A stretch of DNA of 64,000 nt, taken from IMG/VR virus record IMGVR_UViG_3300021091_000027, positions 32,001 through 96,000 of that record. One strand, given 5' to 3'. Positions 1 to 9,234 of the stretch are shown here, in pieces (the first letter of the stretch is position 1; every line of letters begins with the position of its first letter). The stretch comes from a virus. Under the pieces are notes generated by a model. It saw only the letters and a program-made list of their open reading frames with translations. It was not told the origin of the DNA and ran no database searches. A program made the position numbers and the translations under genes.

Positions 1-1107
1 TCTAGTAGAGCGGCGTTACTAGAATCTTTGGTAAATAGCGGAGTAATAGAAAGGACAGAAAGGGGTCAGATACTATCTATTCTTGGAAATAGTATGGATC
101 GTTTTGGCTTAGCTGCCGATCGGGGGCCTCAGCGCACAGCAACGGTTAGACTAAAAGAAGAACTTGACATAGAAAAATATGGTGCAACTAGCATGGTACT
201 GCAGGCACAGGCAGTTACTGAGAATCAGAATGCAATAAACTCTACTTTAAGAAGCAGCAAAGGCAATCTTCAACAAAACGTTTCTTCTGCCTTGGGCGCC
301 ATAAGAAGAGCCAAAATAGATAAGTTAAAAGCGGGAAGTCCCGGCATGTCGGATGACGACGCCGCTGCGGCTGTGGAAGGGGCGGGTTTTACATTTGGGG
401 AGATAGTAGAGGCAGCCTCAGGTACGTCATCTGTAGAGCTCGAGGAGGCCTTGAATACCAGAGCTCAAACTCTTGAGGGCGAACTTAAGAAATTGGAAGC
501 ACTGTCCAGCCCTAACCAAAAGCAAAAAAGAGAAACAGAAGTAGTTAAAAGGGCGCTCGCAGATATCCGGGGTATCCAGGCTGTTAGAGCGGCTACTACT
601 GAGGATGAAAAGAAAAAACTGATGGAAGAAATAAAAGCTAGGACAAGTCCACCATCTTCAACTGTTACCGCGGCTACCGCTACCGCGGCTACTGAAGAGC
701 AGCAGAAGAAGAGAGCAGAGGTTGAAAAAAGAGTACAGGACTACATGAAGTCCAGAGGTGTTACCGAAGCGGAGGCAAGAGTGAATGTTGAGCTAGAGTA
801 CGAACGTGAAGCGCGCCAACTGATTGCCCCTACTAGTGCCGCAAGTGTAGCCTCCTCCCCCGCTGTGCCCGAACTGCTTGCACGTCCAGTTGAGGGTACC
901 GAAAAGACACCTGTAGGCGAAGCTCCTGTTGCAAGAAGCTCCGACTCTTTTGTTGATGCTAGGCCAGTAAAAGCAGATGAAGTTAATAAAGCTATAGTAA
1001 TGATGAGCAGTGTTCTAGATGATGTGAAGAAACTGCTTGTAAAACTAGTGGCTTCGTCTCAAAGAGGCGCCGATGCCGGCCAAGCTATGGCAGATGCCAC
1101 TCAATAA
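1..1107 (+). CDS. C-terminal part of a long helical protein, probably tail tape measure (5'-truncated)
   Basis: Frame open from base 1; Ala/Glu/Lys-rich helical sequence directly upstream of tail/baseplate genes. Confidence 0.5.
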   Translation, partial: SSRAALLESLVNSGVIERTERGQILSILGNSMDRFGLAADRGPQRTATVRLKEELDIEKYGATSMVLQAQAVTENQNAINSTLRSSKGNLQQNVSSALGAIRRAKIDKLKAGSPGMSDDDAAAAVEGAGFTFGEIVEAASGTSSVELEEALNTRAQTLEGELKKLEALSSPNQKQKRETEVVKRALADIRGIQAVRAATTEDEKKKLMEEIKARTSPPSSTVTAATATAATEEQQKKRAEVEKRVQDYMKSRGVTEAEARVNVELEYEREARQLIAPTSAASVASSPAVPELLARPVEGTEKTPVGEAPVARSSDSFVDARPVKADEVNKAIVMMSSVLDDVKKLLVKLVASSQRGADAGQAMADATQ

Positions 1108-1118
1108 GGATATCTACA

Positions 1119-1601
1119 ATGCCAGACATATTTGGATCTAGTTTTGGAAAGATGTTCAAGGTGCCAAATTCCACTCCAGCGAAATTAGCATCGATAGATC
1201 TTATGCCATCTAAGCTGGGCGGTAGTAATGTAGATATACTTATAACTAGTGTTGGGTTGAGTCAATCTGCTAAATTGGCATTTTTTCACACTCTCAGCGA
1301 CTCAATATATATTTATCCGCTGGGAAATGAAATATCCAAATGCGTTATTGAGGGAATTGCAGTTAACTCTTGTGATACCAACGAATACAGTGCAGCTAAA
1401 AAAATAATAGACTTTTATGAAAATAATAGAGCTTCAAATTTTAAAAATATATCAACTCCGATCACATTGACCATACCTCCTATAAATAATTTAGTTGGAT
1501 TTATAGACGGCATGACGATGCAGATAAATGCTTCAGGTAATGAATTTGGTTTTGCAAAATTTAGTATAAGTATGTCAGTGATTCCAAGTAGGAATAGATA
1601 A
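1119..1601 (+). CDS. Putative tail tube-associated/baseplate protein
   Basis: 160 aa beta-rich ORF after the putative tape measure; AAGGA upstream; call is positional. Confidence 0.4.
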   Translation: MPDIFGSSFGKMFKVPNSTPAKLASIDLMPSKLGGSNVDILITSVGLSQSAKLAFFHTLSDSIYIYPLGNEISKCVIEGIAVNSCDTNEYSAAKKIIDFYENNRASNFKNISTPITLTIPPINNLVGFIDGMTMQINASGNEFGFAKFSISMSVIPSRNR

Positions 1602-2344
1602 TGACAGTATATGATTCTACTAACCCAATTCCTGTAGACGCCCCGTTCTCAAAGATGCTCGGCGCCTTGTCCATGGATGGTTATTTTCCAGGATTTCCTC
1701 ATACTTCTTCAGGGGAGTACTCATTACAGCAGCTTGCCGTATATGAAAAAGCAGCTAAATTGCTTGGGCTTGTTTCGACTGACCCTATGTATCTGGCGTA
1801 TAGAATAAGGCACCTTGACTACTGCATAAGGAATAGCAAATTTAAAGATGTAATATCTTGGAGGTCTGGGTTAGAAGCTTTGAATCAATTAGATTCAATT
1901 TTTGATCAACCTCACAAATTGGTGGAGTCAACTAAAACTTCTAATCTCAACATAAGCTATTACATATCCGGACCTTTGAATAAATTTAATCTTCAATGGT
2001 CTCTTAGAGTTTATGGAATATATCCAAGTTTAAAAATAGATATAAACGGATTATTTAATCAGAGTTGGTCAGCAGCCAACCCTATTTCATTTGAACTGGG
2101 CACCTCCGGCTACAATGTAACACTTAAATGTACCGCAGGAAACGGAGATCCCGTAGAGGGGTTGTTTAAGTTTATAACTCCCTATTCCGGAGATTTAGTT
2201 CAAATATGGAAAGACATCAAGTTAGATAAAGATTTTTTGACGCAACTGATGTACGGGAAGTCAGAATATTCCGAAGCCTTATTTTTCTCTACCTCAGTAG
2301 AAGACGGTATTGCCGCCTTTATATTGGCAGTTAACGAAGCATGA
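1601..2344 (+). CDS. Hypothetical protein (tail operon)
   Basis: 247 aa, TAATG-coupled to previous gene. Confidence 0.6.
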   Translation: MTVYDSTNPIPVDAPFSKMLGALSMDGYFPGFPHTSSGEYSLQQLAVYEKAAKLLGLVSTDPMYLAYRIRHLDYCIRNSKFKDVISWRSGLEALNQLDSIFDQPHKLVESTKTSNLNISYYISGPLNKFNLQWSLRVYGIYPSLKIDINGLFNQSWSAANPISFELGTSGYNVTLKCTAGNGDPVEGLFKFITPYSGDLVQIWKDIKLDKDFLTQLMYGKSEYSEALFFSTSVEDGIAAFILAVNEA

Positions 2345-3954
2345 ACTCAATACCATCTAATCAAGCTGCATATCAACTGGAGGCATACTTAACTGTAAAA
2401 GATAAGTCGATTCCAATTGTAGACATGGTGGTTGAGTTCGTACTTAATCAGATACCAATAGCCAGAGTACAGATACCGTCAGGGGTAACTTTAAATAATC
2501 CAGCTAATTCAATTAATTTAACCCCGGATGACATAAAGTCTAAAACAAAAGCTTCCATAAAAGTTAAGGGGTTTGGAAAGCCCCATCCCGACAATGTTAA
2601 AGACGCTCTTCCAAAAGGAGACTCTGAAGATATTATTTTTGATGGATATGTGTTGTCGAGCACAGTTGACTTTAATACAACTGGAACAACTACAACAATT
2701 GTGCTTATTCACTGGCTTTATGATCTTGACATAAGTTCGTTCGCATCTGGTGATTTTGACAAAAATACTCCATACGACTGGTTCAAGACAGAGTTCAGTC
2801 AATTAGCGATACCCGATGTTCCAAATGCTCCAAGAGTGGCAGGGGGAGCAGGAGGCACTCCTATTGATTTTAACGTATACGGAGAAAGCGATTGGTGGGA
2901 GGACGTTATAAAGCCTTCTATGATCTTTAAGGCGGAGCAGCCTCTTGCAAATTTTATCAGGCAGCCCCCCTCCAATAATTCTTTAGCAGTGGATGCTCTT
3001 AAAAAAATATTTAGCTATGGCGGTATGAAATTAACATCCAAAGCTTCCAGTGCCTTGACGAAGGTTCCAGATGTTTTGAGAAATATAAATGAACTGGTGG
3101 GATCCGTAATACTTACTGGAGAAGGAGGATCCAGCGGATTTGAAAAGCTGACATCTTTATTATCTACATTTGGCTGTGTGCTTATACCGGGAGTCAAGAC
3201 ATGCAAGGTGTCTCCATATCCTTCTACGGCCCTTGCACTGAAAACATTTAAGGATTATGAATTTGATTTTGCAGGAGGATCCCCAAATATTGGAATTTTG
3301 CCAACAGGGGCCATACTGTATGGAAACGCCCAATCAGATGAGCTTGCTAAGTCCGGCTCCCCTAAGGTAATAGATACTAGATTTGTAGGGCAATTTGTAC
3401 CGACATTACCTGGCATAGACGGTGGGCCATTCATGGTGTTTCCTTTGCCGAATTATATGAGTTGCGTATACAGAAGCAGATTGGATAAAGGTCAGTTTAA
3501 ATCAAAGGTAGGAATAGTACCTTCATATGAACCTTCTCCTAATTCTGCTCCAAGCTCTTCAAGTTCTACTACAGCTCAAGATATTGCTGATTTTGCAGAT
3601 GAGTTAACTAAGTCTTATTATTTTTCAAAGCTATTTAGCACAAGAACTCAAGATATAATGTTTGGATATAGGTTAGATATATGTCCGGGTAATGTAATAC
3701 TTTTGGAGAGGAATACAGGATCTAGTGCAGGAGAAAATATATCAGGTTTGGCTAAGGATTGGAAGAAAAGAGGTGTAGTTGAATCGGTATCCATCATTAT
3801 GTCTACGTCTTCCAATAGAGTAATGACTAGCGTGAGAATAAGGCATGTAATGGAAAAACAAGACTTAGATATTTTTGAACAATATTTATCTGGTTCTGAG
3901 TTGGCATTATTTAAAGGCTCTACCTCAGTGTTAAAGTCAAAATTATTAGACTAA
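2341..3954 (+). CDS. Putative baseplate hub protein (gp27/GPD-like)
   Basis: 537 aa; N-terminal FVLNQIPIARVQI..IIFDGYV and C-terminal RLDICPGNVILL..GVVESVSI beta-barrel-like ends; position before gp25/J. Confidence 0.5.
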   Translation: MNSIPSNQAAYQLEAYLTVKDKSIPIVDMVVEFVLNQIPIARVQIPSGVTLNNPANSINLTPDDIKSKTKASIKVKGFGKPHPDNVKDALPKGDSEDIIFDGYVLSSTVDFNTTGTTTTIVLIHWLYDLDISSFASGDFDKNTPYDWFKTEFSQLAIPDVPNAPRVAGGAGGTPIDFNVYGESDWWEDVIKPSMIFKAEQPLANFIRQPPSNNSLAVDALKKIFSYGGMKLTSKASSALTKVPDVLRNINELVGSVILTGEGGSSGFEKLTSLLSTFGCVLIPGVKTCKVSPYPSTALALKTFKDYEFDFAGGSPNIGILPTGAILYGNAQSDELAKSGSPKVIDTRFVGQFVPTLPGIDGGPFMVFPLPNYMSCVYRSRLDKGQFKSKVGIVPSYEPSPNSAPSSSSSTTAQDIADFADELTKSYYFSKLFSTRTQDIMFGYRLDICPGNVILLERNTGSSAGENISGLAKDWKKRGVVESVSIIMSTSSNRVMTSVRIRHVMEKQDLDIFEQYLSGSELALFKGSTSVLKSKLLD

Positions 3955-3974
3955 TTCTTTTGTAGTAAAAATAC

Positions 3975-3988
3975 GGTAAAATAACAAT
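3975..3988 (+). promoter_or_regulatory. Candidate -10 element GGTAAAATA, 5 nt before ATG (leaderless-type)
   Basis: Identical 9-mer with identical spacing at 52912-52920; no SD. Confidence 0.45.
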
Positions 3989-5011
3989 ATGGACTTATTT
4001 CCAACCATACCTAAACCTTCAAAGACTCTAAGTCTGTTTAATGGATTTGAGCAACCCGCTTTCTACGATTCAATGGAGGCTATTAAGAAGCCTGCAGAGC
4101 CTCCTTTAGCTCCAGAGCTTCCAGAAGAGCCCCTAAAGGCTCCGGAGCCCCCAGAGCCCCTAGAGCCCATATTCCCCAAACTTGCCCCAACAGGCACTGA
4201 CGGACTTCCTAAATCCCCGCAGATTGCAACAACTACTTTCCCCGCTGCCAGCGCCTCTCCGATTCCTCAAGCTCCGGTAAAAAAACAAACCTTAGAGGAA
4301 ATGCACTCTGATTGGGCTAAAAATAAAAAAACTGAAAATATGCAAAAGATTCTTGATGAACTTTCATCAGATATTGATAAGGCAATTTACGCTTATTCTG
4401 GTCTCAATGCCGGTCCTGCTGTAAAGAGTAAGGCCAAAGTATTGGCAGCAAAAGCTATAAAAACTTATGACCCTAAATCTGGAGCATCTTTAAAAAGTTG
4501 GGTATACACCCAGTTACAGCCTTTAAGCAGATACTCTAGAGATCTTAATCCTTCTCCTATGCCAGAGCGTGCCTATCAGCAGCTAAGTTCCATTAAGAAG
4601 CATGAGGCTGAGTTCTACGAAAATAAAGGCCGTCCGCCTTCAGATGCAGAATTAGCAGATTTAACTGGAATGTCAGTAAAGCAGATTCAAAAAGTAAAGG
4701 AAATGGAAAAGAAGACTTACAGCGAAGGACACACTGCCTACTCCGGAAGCACCCCTGCCACCTCTCAAGAAATTACTGCAACCGAAAATACTAATTTTAA
4801 AAAGAACGTACTTGACACTTTATACAGTTCGCTAACTCCTCAAGAGCAGTTAATCTTAGAACATAAATTAGGCTATAATGGTAAAAAAATACTTTCTAAT
4901 AATGAAATATCTAAAAAACTTGGAATAAGCCCAGGAAGAGTTAGTCAACTTACTTCAGAGCTATCTAAAAAACTGGAGGAGTACGTAGAGTTAAATAAAG
5001 GCAGCATGTGA
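3989..5011 (+). CDS. Sigma-70 family RNA polymerase sigma factor with Pro-rich N-terminal extension
   Basis: Region 2-like AIKTYDPKSGASLKSWV; region 3 FYENKGRPPSDAELADLTGMS; region 4 HTH LTPQEQLILEHKLG..SNNEISKKLGISPGRVSQL. Confidence 0.85.
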   Translation: MDLFPTIPKPSKTLSLFNGFEQPAFYDSMEAIKKPAEPPLAPELPEEPLKAPEPPEPLEPIFPKLAPTGTDGLPKSPQIATTTFPAASASPIPQAPVKKQTLEEMHSDWAKNKKTENMQKILDELSSDIDKAIYAYSGLNAGPAVKSKAKVLAAKAIKTYDPKSGASLKSWVYTQLQPLSRYSRDLNPSPMPERAYQQLSSIKKHEAEFYENKGRPPSDAELADLTGMSVKQIQKVKEMEKKTYSEGHTAYSGSTPATSQEITATENTNFKKNVLDTLYSSLTPQEQLILEHKLGYNGKKILSNNEISKKLGISPGRVSQLTSELSKKLEEYVELNKGSM

Positions 5012-5418
5012 AAGAAGTAACCAAAACTGTTTTTAAGGCACTCAAAAAGGTCAGCAAGGACTCCTCCTCTGGCTTGAGCGGTGGCTCTTTTTTTAGAAAT
5101 TTATGGGAGCCGGAAGAGGGAAATAATAACTTCAAAGAGTTGGTCGATATGTTTGATCGTTCTGAGTTGGAGCAAGAGTATGTTGCCACTACCGTTCTTG
5201 AGTCTTTTAAATTCTTTGATTTGATGAAACTGCAGATGCAAAACGATGCGGTGGCTCCAATTCATAGAGATATGGCCTATAGGTACTCGTCTAGGATAAA
5301 CAGAGTGCTAAACGAGGTTGGTAGAAGAGAAGCCATGGCCCAGGATAAGACGGGAATCATATCTCAACTTGAGGATGCTATTACTGGATTCTTGGCTACT
5401 AGAGAGGGGGAGAGATGA
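5008..5418 (+). CDS. Hypothetical protein
   Basis: 136 aa, GTG start overlapping the sigma stop; overlaps the next start. Confidence 0.6.
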   Translation: MKEVTKTVFKALKKVSKDSSSGLSGGSFFRNLWEPEEGNNNFKELVDMFDRSELEQEYVATTVLESFKFFDLMKLQMQNDAVAPIHRDMAYRYSSRINRVLNEVGRREAMAQDKTGIISQLEDAITGFLATREGER

Positions 5419-5870
5419 CGGTATCGCAAAACTATGTAGGCAAGAATGTGGATATATGCGTACTTGAGACTGGAGCTTCTGCCGGCCCTGCGGATGTATT
5501 CGTTGGCTGGAAGCAGTCGGGAACAGTTATTTCTGGGCCCTATAAAATAGTGCAGAAGTTTGTAAAGTTTCTGCTGACCGAACGGGGCACTGTACCGTCC
5601 GACACAACATACGGAACATCATTCATAGGTAAACTTACAACTGGTCAAATATCTACACAACTTGCCTTGTCCCTTGAATTCTATGCCGATTTGCCTGAGA
5701 TACTTAATTATATAGATTCTACGAATCTCAATCCAAGTCCTGATGAAACTTTATCAAAAGTAACATTGCAATCTTTTACCGTATCTTTAGATTCGGCTAC
5801 AATGAAGCTTTTATTTGAATTTAAAGACTCTTCCACAATACTGACTCCAGTGAATATATCTACGATTTAA
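5415..5870 (+). CDS. Baseplate wedge / sheath initiator gp25-like protein
   Basis: KIVQKFVKFLLTERGT..TYGTSF motif, 151 aa, precedes baseplate J. Confidence 0.75.
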   Translation: MTVSQNYVGKNVDICVLETGASAGPADVFVGWKQSGTVISGPYKIVQKFVKFLLTERGTVPSDTTYGTSFIGKLTTGQISTQLALSLEFYADLPEILNYIDSTNLNPSPDETLSKVTLQSFTVSLDSATMKLLFEFKDSSTILTPVNISTI

Positions 5871-5871
5871 T

Positions 5872-7566
5872 ATGGAAACTCCACTAGCTGAACAACCTCC
5901 AGAAAAAATCTATGCAAAGGAAGAGCAAATACTTTCCTTTGTAAAGGCCACATACCCAAATTTAGATCTATCGCCAGGAACCATCTTGAGAGATCTGGTA
6001 GTAAAACTATATGCGCACCTCGAAACTCGTGTACAAGAGCAGATTGATCTGGCTACTATCTCTAGCAGTTTGCTTGAAATTAGCAAAAATCCTAATGTTG
6101 TAAATAATGAGCAGGTATCTAGAGTATTGTCTAATTTTAATGTTGAGCGAGGCGATGGGTCTACAGCATCCGGACTGTTAAGGCTGTTTTTAACCACAAG
6201 CTCCTCTGTAGTAATATCTCCCGATACTAAGTTTACAGTTGGCGGTGTGACCTTTAGCACCTCTTCTTCATATGTGCTAGTTACTTCGACTAATTTTACA
6301 GGAGCTGCGTCTCAAAGACTTATAGAGTCCTCGGGTACTCTGTTTACCGCTACCTTACCGGTATCGGCAACTAATCCTGGGTCCATAGGAAATGTCAGAG
6401 CATCAACGGTGATTTCTTCTATTGTCCCAGCAATATCTTCTATAGTATCTGGAAAAGCTGATTCCGATTTCATCGGAGGCGCTGATGTAGAGGACAATGT
6501 ATCTTTACTCAATAAGGCTAAGACAGGGGTGGTCGGTAAGGCGCTTTCAGGCAGGGCACACATAAATGCCAAGTTGAAGTCTCAATTTGCTGAGATAAAG
6601 GACGTCGGAGTGGTGGGATTTCTTGATCCAGAGATGCATAGAGATGTTGTCGACGAAGTCCACATAGGTAACAGAATAGATTTATATGTTAAGTCTGCAA
6701 GCTATCCTTCGAGGATAACGGAAAGGCTGCCTATGCAGATGATTTCCTATGACCATCAGTACACCCAGGAGGCGATATTTGAAATCGTGTTGCCGCCTTC
6801 TAAAGCGTCCGGCATATACACAATAGAATCTATTCGCTCTGATCTAACACAGGCTGGATCGTTTGAACTCATATCTGATAAAAGAACCATGCAGGGAAAT
6901 TCAATTCATTTGGTTTCCGATAAGGAGACTCCTGCGTTTACTTCATATCAAAATATAGTATTTAGATTTAAGATTCCATATGTTCATATAAATGAGTGCG
7001 CACTGCCGGCTAATAATGCGATGAGCTCATGGGTAAGTAATGCGGCGCCGCCTGCAATATTTCTCAATCAAGAATCGAGTACACCAGACCAGTTCCATGT
7101 ATACGTAGAATACTTAAAGATGCCTAATCTTAAGGAGGTGCAAGCTTACGTCGATTCGGCCGAGGAGCGTAGTCTCAGCGCAGACATGCTTGTAAAGGCG
7201 CCTATTCCTGTAATGTGCAGTATGCAAATGCGATTACTTAAACCTACTGGCTCTGAAAGTCCTAATGTAAATATTCTAAAATCGGCACTGGTATCTAAGT
7301 TTAATTCTTTTGGGATAGGAAAATCAATTCCAGCAAGTGCCCTAATACATACAGCTTATCAGAATTTGCCGGCCGGATATTCCATAGATCTGCCAATACA
7401 TATGTACGGCGTCATTATAAATCCAGACTTATCGAAGGATGTAATTTTTTCTTCTGATGCGCTGAGGCCTCCTAAAAACTATTCTAAGGGTGTTAGTGAA
7501 AACACCTGTGCTTTCTTCATAGAAGCTAATCTTATCGATATCTCCGTAGTGGAGTGCAACTCTTGA
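5872..7566 (+). CDS. Baseplate J-like (gp6-like) wedge protein
   Basis: YPNLDLSPGTILRDL, ASGLLRLF, ATNPGSIGNV, FIGGADVEDN motifs. Confidence 0.85.
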   Translation: METPLAEQPPEKIYAKEEQILSFVKATYPNLDLSPGTILRDLVVKLYAHLETRVQEQIDLATISSSLLEISKNPNVVNNEQVSRVLSNFNVERGDGSTASGLLRLFLTTSSSVVISPDTKFTVGGVTFSTSSSYVLVTSTNFTGAASQRLIESSGTLFTATLPVSATNPGSIGNVRASTVISSIVPAISSIVSGKADSDFIGGADVEDNVSLLNKAKTGVVGKALSGRAHINAKLKSQFAEIKDVGVVGFLDPEMHRDVVDEVHIGNRIDLYVKSASYPSRITERLPMQMISYDHQYTQEAIFEIVLPPSKASGIYTIESIRSDLTQAGSFELISDKRTMQGNSIHLVSDKETPAFTSYQNIVFRFKIPYVHINECALPANNAMSSWVSNAAPPAIFLNQESSTPDQFHVYVEYLKMPNLKEVQAYVDSAEERSLSADMLVKAPIPVMCSMQMRLLKPTGSESPNVNILKSALVSKFNSFGIGKSIPASALIHTAYQNLPAGYSIDLPIHMYGVIINPDLSKDVIFSSDALRPPKNYSKGVSENTCAFFIEANLIDISVVECNS

Positions 7567-8738
7567 AATTGCTGAAGACCAGTTATGTACTGTCCCTGCT
7601 GGGAACTTTCTGGTCCAGATTTTTTAAATCTGTTGAATTGCTTAAATCTATAGTTTCTGGGCAGCTGAGCGTACACGCTCAGTCCGAGCAAGCTGTAGAT
7701 GAGCTGTTGCTGTCTACATCAAATATCGAGATGCCCGCAGGTAAGACAACTGTATGGGAGAAATACGTATTTAGTAATTACAATCAAGCCAAGGAGATAT
7801 TTGGAAATTCAAACAGTAAATATGGTTTTAGTTATTTTTATGGCGAGCCAAGTAGCAATGCTGCTCAATATGCGATACCTGAAGAAATACTATCCATACC
7901 CTTTATGTATGACAGCATTTCCAATCCTACTAAGGTTTTAATCGAAGGAATAGATTATAAATTATCTAAAGGCTTGCTGACTTTTAAACAAACTTTAAAT
8001 GCTTTTCCAACAATATTTTACGCTAAAAATGTTGTAAAGGAATCTGGATTTGTGACCAGCAGACTTGGCTATGCTGTAGGAGTTCAGCTATCCGACGAGG
8101 TATATAGAAAAGTGCCATTCAAACATATATGGAGGCTATTTTCTTATGGTCAGAATTATTTTGACCTTATAAATATGCTTGGGTATTGTGCTAATTCTCC
8201 TATAAGCCAACAAGATGAGACAGTGGAGGCAGTGTTTAATTATCCAAATGTTTGCCAAATCATAACTGATAAGTCTTGCTATATGGTAAAGCCGTCAAAG
8301 ATAAAACAGGATATTGTCGTAGGTAAATTAGTTAAAAAAGGCGAATGCTTTACGTATGGGGTGGAAATCCTACACGATAAGTCTCCAAATATTTTGGAAA
8401 ACATTCCTCAAAATTATAAATCAAATAATACATTTAGATATGGCAGTAAACTGGCAAAAGCCAGTTCTTTGATTCTTATAAAGGCAGATATAGATGGGCT
8501 GGCAAGCTCTTCACTAAAGGTATTACAACAAGTGCTACCTTTGAATATTAGAACTTTAATATTTACAAATGTAGACGTCCCAGCTGCTAATGCGGTTAAT
8601 GCTAATTTTTCTTTTACATGCCTTGGAAGTTTGTCGATTAAGGCTCCTAGCGCTATGATTGGCGTCAGCCCTGACTTAAACCCAAAAATCTCCATTAAAG
8701 CTCAAGGCAGAGTAAAATACACCTCCTACGGATATTAA
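7554..8738 (+). CDS. Putative baseplate wedge protein
   Basis: Follows baseplate J; LGTFWSRFF N-terminus; EGIDY Ig-like strand. Confidence 0.5.
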   Translation: MQLLKLLKTSYVLSLLGTFWSRFFKSVELLKSIVSGQLSVHAQSEQAVDELLLSTSNIEMPAGKTTVWEKYVFSNYNQAKEIFGNSNSKYGFSYFYGEPSSNAAQYAIPEEILSIPFMYDSISNPTKVLIEGIDYKLSKGLLTFKQTLNAFPTIFYAKNVVKESGFVTSRLGYAVGVQLSDEVYRKVPFKHIWRLFSYGQNYFDLINMLGYCANSPISQQDETVEAVFNYPNVCQIITDKSCYMVKPSKIKQDIVVGKLVKKGECFTYGVEILHDKSPNILENIPQNYKSNNTFRYGSKLAKASSLILIKADIDGLASSSLKVLQQVLPLNIRTLIFTNVDVPAANAVNANFSFTCLGSLSIKAPSAMIGVSPDLNPKISIKAQGRVKYTSYGY

Positions 8739-8739
8739 A

Positions 8740-9234
8740 ATGCCCACAGTAACTGTATTTACATCAGAATTCCCCCAAGCAATGGCAGAGGCCATCTCAG
8801 AAAAGCCTCATAAAATGTTTATGTATCTGGAGTACATTAATGGCAGCCCTCCTAACTATCCAGATGCAAGCTCTGTGCTTGGATTCTCAGATCCTAAGGC
8901 TTACTATTCTGGATTAGGCTCTTCGTCAAACTATCTTAGAGTCCCTGCAATAAAAGATCCAAATGTTCAATTAAACAATTCTAGCCCCTATTCAGCAACT
9001 GTAAACTTTTTTGGACAGTCTAATTCCGCTGCAACAGGGGTAAATGAATCCGGAGCGCCGTTTGGAAGCGGCGTTACCTGCTACGGAGCGGCATTGGTTC
9101 TGGCGCCTTTTGAGCAAGATAAAACCCAGGATCTAATCATAGCCAGGGCATATTTCACAAATGCCCCTTTGATAAAGACAGCTAGCTCCGAGCTGTTCGT
9201 AACCTTCCCATTCTCCACTAGCATAACTGGTTGA
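8740..9234 (+). CDS. Putative baseplate/fibre attachment protein
   Basis: 164 aa in structural operon; C-terminal DLIIARAYF..IKT resembles tail-collar type proteins. Confidence 0.45.
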   Translation: MPTVTVFTSEFPQAMAEAISEKPHKMFMYLEYINGSPPNYPDASSVLGFSDPKAYYSGLGSSSNYLRVPAIKDPNVQLNNSSPYSATVNFFGQSNSAATGVNESGAPFGSGVTCYGAALVLAPFEQDKTQDLIIARAYFTNAPLIKTASSELFVTFPFSTSITG

